Positions 36,994-54,061 of a DNA stretch of 64,000 nucleotides are shown here, in pieces (the first letter of the stretch is position 1; each line of letters begins with the position of its first letter). The stretch is from Phyllosticta citribraziliensis (lineage: Eukaryota). The stretch spans positions 1,240,001 through 1,304,000 of the forward strand of contig NW_027117345.1 in the NCBI RefSeq assembly GCF_038025025.1, written 5' to 3'. The notes beneath the pieces are model-generated. The model saw only the letters and a program-made list of their open reading frames with translations. It made no database searches and was not told the DNA's origin. Made by a program: the position numbers and the translations under genes.

Positions 36994-38637
36994 ATGTCCT
37001 GCTCAGCAACGGCGTCCCGCCAGACGATGGACATGGCAAAGTTTAAATAGCGGGCACTTGTTTTTCTCTGGCTCACTGTCGACGCACTTCACCCTTGTTT
37101 TCAGACCACAGTGTAAACTAGGTACCTGTCATGTACTGGGGGTGGCCGAGAGTGGTGGAAGTGGTTGGTGCTTGCTAGGGCCCTCATTCCCCCACTTTAC
37201 ATGTTGCGATTGCTCCATTGCTCCATCTTTGCGTTGCTGGCTGGGCAAGGCAAGGTGTAGTGGCTAGGTATGGTAAGGCGGACTGGCTTGTGGGTCGGTG
37301 AGGGAGTCGAGACATGCTGAGGCAGGCACCTCAGGCAGGTTGACGCCGGCCGGCGCTTCCGCCCGGCTCCGCTGAGGCAGTCAGGACCTGGGAGACATGG
37401 CGGTGCTCGTGGCGCATGGATGAGGGGAGGTAGACGGGCGGTGGTCTGTGGGATGCCGGTGTAGAGTAAAGAAACATGTGTGGGCTGCCATTGCGCGTGG
37501 CTTTCTTCCTGGTGGCGGATAGCTGTCAAGTTGGGTGTTGAGGAAGATGTCAACTACTAGACCAACACTTCTGCATTTCCTGTCATGGCTCTTCCTTAGG
37601 TGCTAGCATGGCTTGTTGTCAACGAGTAGATGGCTCCTACCGCTTGCGCGTCCTACACGAGTGTCAAACAGCTTTTTCGCATTCAGGGCCTGTGTTCGCT
37701 TTGGCTTTTTTATGCAGTGACTGCCTGGATTCCATGGTATTTTTCGCCGTTGTCTCGTTCAATGATTGGCTGGCCGGTTTCCTGGATACATTATGTTTTA
37801 ATGCTCGACATCTATCAGGTTGACTGGTTTCTGAAACCTGTCCGCTGAGGATCTGGAGTGCTGAGAATCGAGTGAATGCTTCCTGTTGACGCCTTTCTCG
37901 TGCTTGACTTCCCTCGGTCTCCTGTGTTCCTCGGCTGGTCGTCTTGCAGGTCGGGATTAGTCAAACAGCTGCGGTTGTGTAGCTGTTTTCGGCACATGCG
38001 ACAAGTTCGGAGACAAGGCGGAGCTGGGGTAGTTGTGGAAACCAAGGGTCCTCGGACGACGGACGAACATCTCTTCTCCCTCTGCATCCTTCGCACGACA
38101 TTGTGGCCGTGGTGCTGACATTTACAACAGCTGCGGAAGCTGCTCACGCCCTGTGCCTGACGAGTTGATCGGAGTTTAGCAGGCGACTATGCCTTGTGTG
38201 GGCAAAGTGTTCTGCTCTATTGCTGCGCGCAGCACGCAATCCGGGGTTATGTGTAAGCAGCCGCCCGCTCATTCGTCAAAGCGGCTTAAAAATCCCTATG
38301 GCATCATCGCACCATTGCCACGAGAGCATTTCGCGATGCGGAGAGCGTCACGCCCTTTGCTCGGCTTCATCCCTTTGGATTAGCAATCCGCTGCGGCGAA
38401 CCAAATATTTATACTGACCTGCTCAGCTTCCTTCAGCCTTCATTCACCGCAAAACAACGACTTCCAGACTACAGCTGCCTACAACCTACAACACCACTTC
38501 CACAACGACTCTTTACCTAGTTTCTCGACGCCAGCGTCCCCAAAGTGAACGCCTTCAAGATCTTGCAAACTTCTCCAGGACTGCTTCCGCGCTTGAAACC
38601 CACCTCTCCAACCAAGGCCTTCCGAACCATCACCAAA

Positions 38638-39567
38638 ATGCCCGTCTCCACCGCCTCGCAACCAACACCGGCACACGAGCTCCCCTCGAGCACCAAATTC
38701 GCGCCCACCACCGCCAAGTCGACCATTGACACCTCGACGCAAAACAACGCCTACTCGGTACCCCGCGGGCCCGTCGCCGCAAAGCTCGCCTTCTATGGCG
38801 GCACCACCGACGGCGCCGACCCCTACAACTACGTCGAAGAGCCACCAGCGGGCCAACCGCAAAACAACCTGAAGGCGGCCGAGCACGACGTCACCATCTC
38901 CGACGTGCGCGGGCACGAGGGCGAGTTCAACATCGACACCAACGCCTTCGCGGCCCTGACGTCGGTCCCGTCAGCCATGCGCCGCGCCGACTTCGACGAC
39001 GACGCGCGCGTCGAGCAGACGTATTACCCGGAGGTCGAGGCGCTGCTGCTGGACCAGGTGCGCGGCTCGCACAAGGTCGTCATCTTCGACCACACCATCC
39101 GCCGCGCGACGCCCGGCGCCAGCCGCGCCCCCGTCATCCGCACGCACATCGACCAGACGCCAAAGGCAGCCGCGGAGCGCGTGCGGCGGCACATCCCCGA
39201 CGCGGACGAGGCCGACGCGCTGTTGCAGGGCCGCTACCGCATCATCAACGTGTGGCGGCCGCTCAACGGGCCCATCGTCGCGCACCCGCTCGCCGTCGCC
39301 GACAGCACGACTGTCGCCGACGACGACGTCCTCCCCGTCCACCACATCTACCCCGACCGCACCGGCCAGACCGCCGCCGTCAAGTACAGCGACGCCCAGC
39401 GCTGGTGGTACCTCAGCGGCATGCTGAACGAGGAGCGCCTGCTGCTGCAGTGCTTTGATAACAAGGGCGGCGCCAGGGTCCCGCACACGGCGTTTGTGGA
39501 CCCGCGGACCCCCGAGGGCGCGCCGGGTCGTGAGAGCATCGAAGTCCGCGCGCTCGTCTTTGGTTGA
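38638..39567 (+). CDS. AsaB/CmcJ/NvfI-like hydroxylase/desaturase (putative Fe(II)/2-oxoglutarate oxygenase), 309 aa from first ATG
   Basis: Single exon. VTISDVRG, YYPEVE, IFDHTIRR, HIDQT (HxD), RYRIINVWRPL, PLAVAD, WWYLSGM, PHTAF, RESIEVRALVF. Confidence 0.9.
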   Translation: MPVSTASQPTPAHELPSSTKFAPTTAKSTIDTSTQNNAYSVPRGPVAAKLAFYGGTTDGADPYNYVEEPPAGQPQNNLKAAEHDVTISDVRGHEGEFNIDTNAFAALTSVPSAMRRADFDDDARVEQTYYPEVEALLLDQVRGSHKVVIFDHTIRRATPGASRAPVIRTHIDQTPKAAAERVRRHIPDADEADALLQGRYRIINVWRPLNGPIVAHPLAVADSTTVADDDVLPVHHIYPDRTGQTAAVKYSDAQRWWYLSGMLNEERLLLQCFDNKGGARVPHTAFVDPRTPEGAPGRESIEVRALVFG

Positions 39568-40281
39568 TCTGAGACGTTCGTTCTTGAATGGACATGGTGG
39601 TGGTGGAAGCAGCAGAATGCGGAAGGACGCGAGACACGCAAAACGGTTCTCGAAGCGGACCTGTACTTGCGTGCTTTTCTCTCTCTGGCTCGGCTACGAT
39701 ACACGCAGCTTTACGACTCTCTCATTTCTTCCCTAGTCTGCTTTTATGATCATTGCCGGCGGGAGCGGTAAAATCAGGGCAGCAATTGGCGTCCCTCCTT
39801 TTTGTTTTCTCATGCAAAATTTAGTACTGATAATTAATTATTCATCAATATCAAACCGTCTTCTCTGCTGCTTGCTTGCTGGTCGCGTCCAGAACGCAAT
39901 GTGACGTGCGACCTTACCTCCCACAGCCCACGCCGACTACGCAGATACTTTCAATGTGATGCCAGCCAAGAGAAAGCAACTCACCATGGAGCGAGCGTCA
40001 AGCTACTGCGACGATCAAGGTCAGTCGACGCTCGGCACGCAAGATGGGTGCGAAGGGTACGATGCACGGGGATGCCGACGACCAAGTCTAGATCCAAAAC
40101 ATGTGATTTGATTCCGCTAGTCTATGCGTACGCCATGCAACGCTGAGAACAGAAGAAAGTGGAAAAGAAACTTGGTGGAGCCGGCAGGACGATGACCAAA
40201 ATGCGGTTTACTATTTATGCTAAGTGAGACTCGAAAGCGAACCTCCCCTTCCCATTCATCAGTCGCCTTCACACGTCACAT

Positions 40282-45246
<4,965 letters not shown>

Positions 45247-45407
45247 CTAGAACGCAGCGGCCAGAGAGTGGAAAACCGGCCAAATGCGGCGGGAAAAAGG
45301 TCGGCCGGGGAAACAGGAGGACAGGTAGCGGATTGATGCTGGCCGTACAAAGGTGTGAGGGTGGAGTGGATATACAGAACTAAGGTGCTAATATTCGGGC
45401 TCTCAGG

Positions 45408-45414
45408 TGAGTCA
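45408..45414. promoter_or_regulatory. Gcn4/CpcA (cross-pathway control) consensus site TGASTCA upstream of ARO1
   Basis: Perfect TGAGTCA 186 bp upstream of the ARO1 ATG. Amino-acid biosynthesis genes are classic Gcn4/CpcA targets. Confidence 0.6.
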
Positions 45415-46636
45415 AAAGTGAGCACACACCAGACTTTCAACAAACTTTCGGAGCCGGATTCGGCGATCGACGTCAGGGATTGCCATGCTTAGCGGGCAGG
45501 GAAAGCTCCCTACCTCCTCCGCTCTCGCATTGTCAACACCACCAAACCAATCACGATAACTGAATTAGCCCCGTTGTAGCTCCATCGTCAATCGACATGA
45601 GTTGATCTCGCGACTGATCTCCTTCTGATCATCGGTAGCCGATGAACCGCTTGCCTTTCGGTACCCGATTACTTCCAGTCGGTGCACCTACGGCTAGCTT
45701 GGACGGCAGTTGGATTTTTGACGTTGGCTTAATCTGTCTATTCACGACTCAAATGGGCACAATTCAAGGCTGATGTTTGTTGGGGTTGAATGATGGTCCA
45801 GATTATGAAAGCCGGTGATAAACCCACCGACTCTGGAGATTGGACACGGCGCAGAGATTGAAAGACCATTTCGTCCCATGTCATTATGAACGATTCAATT
45901 CTCTGCTGGATTTCAGAACCATCAAAGTTGAAAGCCACTGGCCCCTGTAGAGGCCTGAGAACAAGTAACATCCAAAGAGCCCGTGGCAACCACAAAGTGT
46001 GATCTCGGAGATGGTTCCAGTGTCCTCTCTCTTGATCTGTGAATCTATGCGAACTCAGCAGATCTGTACACAGAGCATCTCACCAAAGACGACTTTTCAG
46101 GACACGAAGATGGACTGCCCACTCATCCATCCTAGCCAGCCCGGCTGCAGGGAGTTCGTAAGTAAAAGTACCAAGATGCAGGGCGGGAGAGTTGCATGCA
46201 GGCTGCGGGACCGATTCTCTTTCTGTTCAAGCGCAACGGCGTCGCCAATGGGGAAGGCCAATTTCGCCACCTCGCGTGCCAGAGCTGAAAGAGAACAATG
46301 GAGTGCATCATCGCTTTTGCGGGGTAACCTTGATGACATCGAGCCCATCACGTGTGTGGCTCTAGGAGGCGAATATCACCACTTGACGTGAAGTAAAAGC
46401 ACGAACGCATTGTAAAAAGAACTGGAGATGATTTCCCTTTCCTTCAGCAACACCTAGTTACAGGTGCCCGAGTGCCGCCATAATCAGACCCACACATGAA
46501 CCAATAGAATACTCAGCGACCGTGCTTAGTAAAACTGGTCATCGCGAAAAGCTCAAACGCCATTGCCCAAGCGCCAACGCTAAATCCACAGTTTGATCCC
46601 TTTTCCCTTTTGACGCGCTTATCCGCGAGCCCGCAT

Positions 46637-47437
46637 TCACTCGTTGCCGCCGTTGGATGTGGCCTTGACTGCTCCGTGGCCCACGACACCCTCGCGGTCT
46701 TTCCGCATGCCTTCCATGACTGCGACAAGACCACCTTGACGCAGCCTCTGCAGAACAATTTGCATGCCCTCCTTCGCGTTTGGCTGGCTCTTTTCAGCGC
46801 GTCGGAGGCCAATGAGCTCTATCGAGCGTTGGATGGATGCGGTGGACCAGGATTTGAAGAAACCAGGTTTTGACGGCTCCTCTTCTTCGATCTCGGCTGC
46901 CTTGGCGTCTGCGGCTGCTTTCGCAGCTCTCCTCTTACGGATGTTTTCTCCAATCATGGAGTGAAGGGTGACGGTGGTCTTGACGTCCGTCTTCTCGCCC
47001 GGGAGGAGAAAGCCCTTCATGGCGGCGGTCCTTTGGCCGTGCAAGCTCTCGATGGTGTTGACGGGTCGGGTGAAGACCTGGCGCTCGATGACGCTGAGCA
47101 CACCTGTCCATTCGAGGTTCTGGCTCTCCGTATTCATCCAGCCATCCTTGATATTGACGACGCTGTGCTCGAGAATGTAGCTCTGACTGTCGCCGGTTCC
47201 CGACGCGCCGAGTAACGAGCGTGGAAGGACCTTCAAAGCGGCCGAAGGCAGTTTCGACTTCTTTAAGTGGAGACGGGTGGTGTGGAGCGTCTGAGTCTCC
47301 GGGTCGAAATGGCGGTCGATGACATCGGTGGATAGGACGTGGGTGGAGTAAGGATTGGGATAACGGAGAAAGTAAGCCAGCGTGACGGCGGGGAAAGAGT
47401 AGTCGTAGGTGTAGGAGCTGTCGTAGAATTTCACCAT
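46637..47437 (-). CDS. UPS1: PRELI/MSF1-domain mitochondrial lipid-transfer protein (Ups1-like), 266 aa
   Basis: Single exon. YDYSFPAVTLAYFLRYPNPYSTHVLSTDVIDR..TTRLHLKKSKLP..SYILE..NLEWTGVLSVIE. Confidence 0.88.
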   Translation of the reverse strand: MVKFYDSSYTYDYSFPAVTLAYFLRYPNPYSTHVLSTDVIDRHFDPETQTLHTTRLHLKKSKLPSAALKVLPRSLLGASGTGDSQSYILEHSVVNIKDGWMNTESQNLEWTGVLSVIERQVFTRPVNTIESLHGQRTAAMKGFLLPGEKTDVKTTVTLHSMIGENIRKRRAAKAAADAKAAEIEEEEPSKPGFFKSWSTASIQRSIELIGLRRAEKSQPNAKEGMQIVLQRLRQGGLVAVMEGMRKDREGVVGHGAVKATSNGGNE

Positions 47438-47760
47438 CTTGAGCGTCTGCGCATATTCGAATGAGATGTGTGGGGGGGGGGGGAGGGCGATGAGTTAAGA
47501 AGGAGGAGGGCGGGGGGAGATCAGGTCGCTTCCGTTCGGTTTGCTCAACGCCGGCGTTCCAATTCGTTCTTCCTTCTCATGATGGTCAGTAGACATCGGC
47601 GTCACCGCGCGCCGATCAAAGTTAATCCGGCTTGGCAATGGAACGCGGCGGGGCGTGCCGGCCGAAGTCCCAGCCACAAAAATGTATTGTGGCTTGTCCC
47701 TCGCGGGGTGTGGCTGCTATTCGCGCCGCAAAACAACCATCCCACTCACTTGGTGCTCTC

Positions 47761-47766
47761 TGACTC
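47761..47766. promoter_or_regulatory. TGACTC Gcn4/CpcA core site upstream of TrpRS
   Basis: TGACTC 69 bp upstream of ATG 47830. A hexamer only, so it may be a chance match. Confidence 0.4.
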
Positions 47767-47829
47767 TTGTCCCGTCAAGTCACTGTTCGCGCCGCTCTCC
47801 ACGTCAATCGATCTGGTACTCCATTAGCC

Positions 47830-49305
47830 ATGGCCGAGAAGCAGCCTACAACCTCCACCAGCGAGCCACCCTCTGTTGCGGCCCTATCGCTTGCCGAAAC
47901 TGCCACCGAGGATCCCAAGAAGGCTGCCGTCGAGCAAGAGATCAATCCCTGGGACGTCAATGCTGCTACCGACGAGAATGGAAACGTCCTCGCCTTTGAC
48001 TACGAAGCTGTCTCTCGGTACGGCCCGGAAGCGCTCCACCTCAATGACCTCAGAAGCTGACTTCACTCAGAAAGTGGAACACCAAGCTGATTGACGATGC
48101 CCTTCTCGAGCGCTTCGAGCGCGTGACGGGCGCAAAACCTCATCGCTGGTTGCGCCGCGGTCTCTTCTTCAGCCACCGCGACTTGGACCTCATCCTCAAC
48201 TACTATGAGCAAGGACGTCCGTTCTTCCTCTATACCGGCCGTGGCCCCTCGTCCGACAGCATGCACGTCGGACACACGGTCCCATTCGAGTTTACAAAGT
48301 GGCTGCAAGATGTCTTTGATGTTCCCTTGGTAATCATGTTGACGGACGACGAAAAGGCCCTGTTCAAGGAGAACTTGACATTTGAGGAGACGATGCAGTG
48401 TGCGAGAGACAATGCCAAGGACATCATCGCCATTGGCTTCGACCTGAAAAAGACCTTCATCTACAGCGATCTCAAATTCATTGGATACAACGGTGGTCAC
48501 ATGATGCTCAATGCCTGGGAATTCTCTAAGCTGGTCACATTCAATCAAGTCCGTGGTGCGTTCGGATTTGACGGCAGGTACGTTGCTCCGATGTTGTGTG
48601 CGAGGCTGAAACTGACCCGATTCCAGCACCAACACTGGTCGCATCTTCTTCCCCATGTTTCAGTGCGTTGCAGCTTTTGCGACCTCCTATCCCGAAATCT
48701 GGGGGGACGACCCGAACTCCGACTTCCGCAACAAGAAGACGGCACAGATTCCCTGCCTCATTCCCTGTGGTATCGACCAAGATCCGTACTTCCGTCTCGT
48801 CCGCGAAAACTCGCACCGCATGAAGCATCCCGTCCCCAAACCTGCCCTGATTCACTCCAAGTTCCTTACGTCTCTGCAAGGTGCGGGAGGAAAGATGAGC
48901 GCGTCGATCCCGAACAGCGCCATCTTCATGTCCGACACCCCGAAGCAGATTCAAAAGAAGATCAACAGCCACGCGTTCTCCGGAGGCCAAGAAACCGTCG
49001 AATTGCACCGCGAAAAGGGCGGAAACCCCGACATCGACGTTGCGTACCAGTACATTACGTACTTTGAGGAAGACGATGAGAAGATCAAGAAGCTGCGCGA
49101 CGGCTACAAGGCTGGAGAGATTCTTACTGGTGAAATGAAAAAGGAGTGCATCCGATTGATGCAAGAATACGTCAAGGGCTTCCAGGAGCGCAGGGCCAAG
49201 GTCACGGACGAGATTCTCAAGTCGTACATGGCTCCTCGCAAGCTGGAATGGAAGGGAAACCCCAACCCCAAGAAGCCCGAGAAGAAGGAAGCCGAGAAGA
49301 AATGA
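47830..49305 (+). CDS. WRS1: Cytoplasmic tryptophanyl-tRNA synthetase, ~457 aa
   Basis: Exons 47830-48017, 48071-48577, 48627-49305. LRRGLFFSHRD, YTGRGPSS..HVGH (HIGH), LTDDEK, GIDQDPYFR, KMSAS (KMSKS), AFSGG. Confidence 0.97.
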
Positions 49306-49633
49306 CTAGGTCTTAAGGGACCAAGCCAAGCTGAAAGCGTGACGAGAAGGACGACAAGATCAGAAAATGAAAATAGAAACGGTGCGATGACACCCGTGAT
49401 AGAAAAAAGCTCTTCATCCCCTTGGATTCTTCCTACCTCCACTGCAGTTGCTACCATTTCGGCGACGAGAAAGAGTCACCATCAACTGGCCGTCGGACTG
49501 CCACCTGAAAGCAGAACGTCATCGACTCGCCATTGTTATGATTTTCAGACGTTGATTAGCTGTCTATTGCCTCGATGTTTCGAACCATCTATTATCATTT
49601 CTCGATATGAATGGCTAATAAGCTCTAGTACCC

Positions 49634-50710
49634 TTAAAGGCTGTAATTTTCAAAGAACTCCATGATGACGGCTGCTCCATCATAGCAGGTGGTGTAATTC
49701 CCACTCTTGTCGTCGTCGTTGGCATACGTCGCCGGCCAGGTGTGGTTCAAATTGCTCTCCCAGTAATGCTGAACCACGCCGTCTCCCCAAGAGTACCTCT
49801 CGACCTCGGGGTACCCAGTTCCCTGACAGACGCTGGTAGTCACGTTACTGTCAATTTCGAACCCGTTCCTCTCTACCCAATCATGCAACCAGTCAAGAAC
49901 AGGCGCCGTCTCGCCACGGCCGCCCGGTCCACGGCCGTCGTACGGAATCGTCGTATCCAACTCGCCGTGAAACTCGACGATGGGGATGGGCGAGCGCGAC
50001 GGGTCGCAAGCGGGCAGCGAGTCGTTGGCAGCGCCGAGGACGCCGTAGTAAAAGGCGCCGGAGACGGGGGCGAAGGCGGCGATTTGCGCCGAAGTGGTAG
50101 GGTCGCAGGCGAGCAGGCCGACGAGCCCGCCGCCGTTGGACTTGCCCGTTGCGTAGACGCGCGACGCGTCGATGCAGTAGCTCGACGTTAGGTTGGTGAT
50201 GAGGTCGGATGTGAAGGCGATGTCGGAGATGTTGGCTGGCGCGTCCGGGTCGCCCGTCCATTGGCGAACGCCTTTGGAGTTCTGCCATGCTTTTGTCAGT
50301 CGATGGAAAATGACAGAGAATATAGCATGGCCTGATGTGGGAGTGGATAGGCACTGATCGCTTGGACATTTCTAGGAAAGACCCACAGCTACGCCTTGCG
50401 GGTACACCGCTATAGCACGCGTATTGTACGAGGCATTGGAGAACTGGGACAAATCCTCCTGTTCCGAGGCACTCTTTGTACGGCCGTGGAAAGACAGAAT
50501 GAGCGGCACGGGATCATGTGCCGTGTAATTGGCGGGCAGGTGGATCAGGTAACTTCTTTCAATGCCTCCACTGTATATCGTGACGTTTGTTGAATCAGCG
50601 CCAGGGACCACGCCGTCCGGCAAGTCTTTGCCGCATCCAGTGGATGCTGTTGCTGTGGCCGTCCACGCGCAGACGGCGAGCGAGGCGAGCTGCAGTGCTG
50701 ATAAAATCAT
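49634..50710 (-). CDS. Secreted CE1 carbohydrate esterase (feruloyl esterase FaeC-like / PHB-depolymerase-like), ~323 aa
   Basis: Exons 50710-50387 and 50281-49634. Signal peptide, TGCGK, RSYLIHLPANY..PLILSFHG, AVYPQG, nucleophile elbow GKSNGGG, EFHG..D, NHTWP. Confidence 0.88.
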
Positions 50711-51680
50711 GGTACGACAGAATTGAGGGAGAACAGGGGTAACGTGGGACTGTGACTTTGAAAGAGTGACGGCACAAAAAACAAGTCTCGACGACTTGGC
50801 CCAGCTTTTACATGGCGCTGAGAGAGGCGGCCGTCCGTCCGTCGTCGTAGCGATTGACGGCGGTGGGGGCCGTGGCGCTGCTCCTATGGTTAGCAGTGGG
50901 AACTAGAGCCTGTCCCATCCATCAACGGCGTCTTCGACCCCAAATGCCATCATTACCGGGGGCGGTGAGATGGCGTTTGTAAAGCTGAAGTCCCTGCCGC
51001 ATCTTACAGCCGTTGGTAAGGTACTGACCGTGTCTTCCACAAACAGAGCACGGCCGCGTAAGTAGCCCCGCTCCCAGCTGCCAACGCTAGCTGAGCTGAC
51101 AGCCGTCGCTTGACCGAACGTCACAAACACCATGCGACAGCTCTACTTTGACTGGCTGCCGCTGCCTGCAGATCCAATGGACCAGCTGGAAAAGAGTCTG
51201 AATCTTTGTCAGCGCAACATTAGCAGGTGGGGCGCACAGGGGTGTTTTTCGATTCATGTCACTTGCTTGGGTGCATTTCACAATACCAGGTCATTTGGAG
51301 CAGATCGCCGTCAAATTTGGACCGTTAAGAATCTGCTGCGGACCAAAAAAAAACCATGACTGTGGATGCTCACGTCGCTAGCGATTGTGCCACCGCCATC
51401 ATCGACCGTGGTCAGCGGTCGCCGTCTGTCGTTCCAAGTGCTCAAAGCAACTCGCCCACTCTACTGCCATCGTGGCCCCCACACCCCGTGCTGATCTCCC
51501 GACTGGCCAAAGGCCAAAGCGCAGACGATATCGGTCATCAAGAGCGTGGAACTGCTACACAGGCGTAGCACGGCAAGAAGAGGAGGGAAACGGGCCATCG
51601 AAGAATACGGCAAAGGAGCAAGGACTGTTATCCCTCACCACCCTTTACCGAACACCCACACCCGCCACTGCCCATGCACC

Positions 51681-52798
51681 ATGCGATTGGCTGGAGCACC
51701 TCCATCGTCCAGATTTCTCCTCTTTGTCTTTTCTCTCTGGGTCCATCTATTTTCGCACGCCGTCGTATCCCAAGACACGAGCAGCACCGACTCAAGCTCG
51801 CGCGACTGCTTCTATCCCGACGGCATTCAGTCCAAGGGGCTGCCATGCTTTCCTGACCAAGCCGTCTCGCCATGCTGTGGTCATGGCTTCATCTGCCTGT
51901 CCAACGGGCTTTGCGAGCCGGGGCCAGACCTGCGGCGCACCTACCAGTACAAGATATACAGGTCTGCCTGTACCGACTCGACGTGGAATTCGTCGAGCTG
52001 CCCGCGCGTGTGCATAGGATGTGAGTTGTCTCTACAATGCCTCTACAAAATCAGTCTTCCTTTCCCCTACTCTTCGAGTCGTCCGCCTCGGTTCCTTCGG
52101 CATCAGGTTCATTTGTCATTCCTGGTTAAAAGTAAGAATTGAGTTGACTCGGCTGGATCCTCCGTCCAACAGCCTCCGACAACCTTGAATCGGGTCAAGG
52201 CCTCGCCGCCTGCGGCACCAACGGCAGCTACTGCTGCGGCCGCGGCTACGACTGCTGCTCCAAGGCATCCAACATCTTCAACTACGGCGCTGCCAGCGCC
52301 GTGACCACGCTGCCGTACTCGAGCGCAACCTCCTCGGCTGCGACATCCTCGTCCTCGTCCGCTTCTTCTTCAACCTCTTCCTCGTCATCCAACCACGCAA
52401 TCGCAATCGGCGTCGGCGTAGGCGTAGGAGTAGGCGTTGGTGGCGCCATTCTCGTCTCGGCGACAATAGCGCTGCTGCTGTACCGGCGCCGGCGGCGCAA
52501 AAATGTCCCTTCTCCTGACTCTCCCTCTTCTGCCCCTCGTCCTTCTGTTCTCCCATCTTCTGCGCCGCCTGACCTCCCGCAATCGCCGCTCAGCGAACTG
52601 CATCCTCAATCGACGTCGGAGCTCCCTCCCACGACCAAGGACCTGCCGCAGGAGCTGCACGGCCAGCAGCAGCTGCGCTCGGAGCTTCCTGGCTCTACCA
52701 AGGACCCGGGACCACCGCCGGAGTACTATCCGCTGATGGCGAGGCCGGGGGAGACGGGGGCGCCAAAGATCGCGGCGAGGCATGAGTTGGAGGGGTAG
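51681..52798 (+). CDS. Single-pass membrane protein: signal peptide, Cys-rich ectodomain, Ser/Thr stalk, TM helix, Pro-rich tail (Mid2/Wsc-like architecture), ~321 aa
   Basis: Exons 51681-52020 and 52173-52798. CFYPDG..CC..CLSNGLC..YRSACTDSTW..CP..C..YCC..CC; TM AIAIGVGVGVGVGVGGAILVSATIALLLY followed by RRRRRK. Confidence 0.87.
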
Positions 52799-54061
52799 AA
52801 GGCAGTAATGAGACGTTTGGAAGGGATGGTGACCGACGCATTTCTTTCACATCACCGACGGATTGGCTGGTCTGAGCGACAATCAGGCTTGGGACATCGC
52901 GATACTCATGATCTACGAACGGCTTCATGAGAAGCGGCACACACGACATGCTTGTCGACGGCTAAGCAGCAACGTATGAGATCGACCCAGCGGGCTTTCC
53001 GCAGACGTGGCTGGAGGAAAGCGGCTGCACATCGAGCGTCTGTCTTTGAGAGGTGGCCAACGATCATGAGGGAGTTGGCGCGGCGTGTACATACAATCAT
53101 ACATGAACGCATATACCCAAAGGATTCGCACGGCGAAACTCTAAGAGATTGGAGAGAGGAAGATGGGTAAAGTCACGACTGATGATGGTGACAAAGATGA
53201 GGCTGGTTCAAATGGATCCGCCAATATCTTTGAAGACCTTGTCAAAGTAATAGTCATAATGATGAGCGCGGCATCCCGACACAGAAACATGCATCTTCTC
53301 CTCTTTGCCGATCCGGCAGACCAGCACTCCAACCCAACTCTTCTGCGCCGAGAAACCTCAGACTCGCCGCCACAATTGGCGCCCAAAGGAACAGCAACGC
53401 CCCACCTTGCCTGGCCACGTACTGACTGCTTCGAATCGCCCATCAACATTGTATCAATCACGACAGCCTCGTATCAAGAGCAGAGATAGAGCGCACAGAC
53501 GTCGACACAGCGTGGATACTACAGGCAAAGCCTAAAAGGCAAACATTGGCATAGTGGGGGTATGTGTGTAAGAGTACATGTAGGCAAACGCAACAACGCC
53601 CATTCATAATCGTCAGTCCGACAGGAGGACCGGGCAAATTGAACATATCAAATGACAAGCAAGAAACAAGAGCAGGAAGAAACAAGAAGCGCTTGCTTTG
53701 CAAAAGCGACAAAGAGAAAATCTGTACATGCATCTTCTGACTGTCATCTTATGTCGAGAGTTTGCCTACCCATCCATCCATCCGTCCGTCCGTCCGTCCG
53801 TCCATCCAAAACCCCCCGGTCATTCATGTCCGATTTTTTGTTTTTTTGTTGCCAAATAGTCCCCTCGAGCGAATCAGCGCTCATTCCCCAAAAAAATGGA
53901 AATTTCAGTTGCCTTGGCCCTAATTCTCTTGCCAACCAGGTCTATGTCCCGATACCAAATATGAAAAAGAGAAATGATACTATCCGCAAGGAAACGCTTT
54001 TTCTTTTTCCAACGACGATCATGATCGAATCGAGAGCACCAGCAGCATCATAGCAGTCTCA

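Noticed and set aside
47472..47483. G12 run / possible G-quadruplex in the UPS1-WRS1 spacer
   Set aside because: Explained as the pyrimidine-rich 5' leader of minus-strand UPS1; no further evidence.
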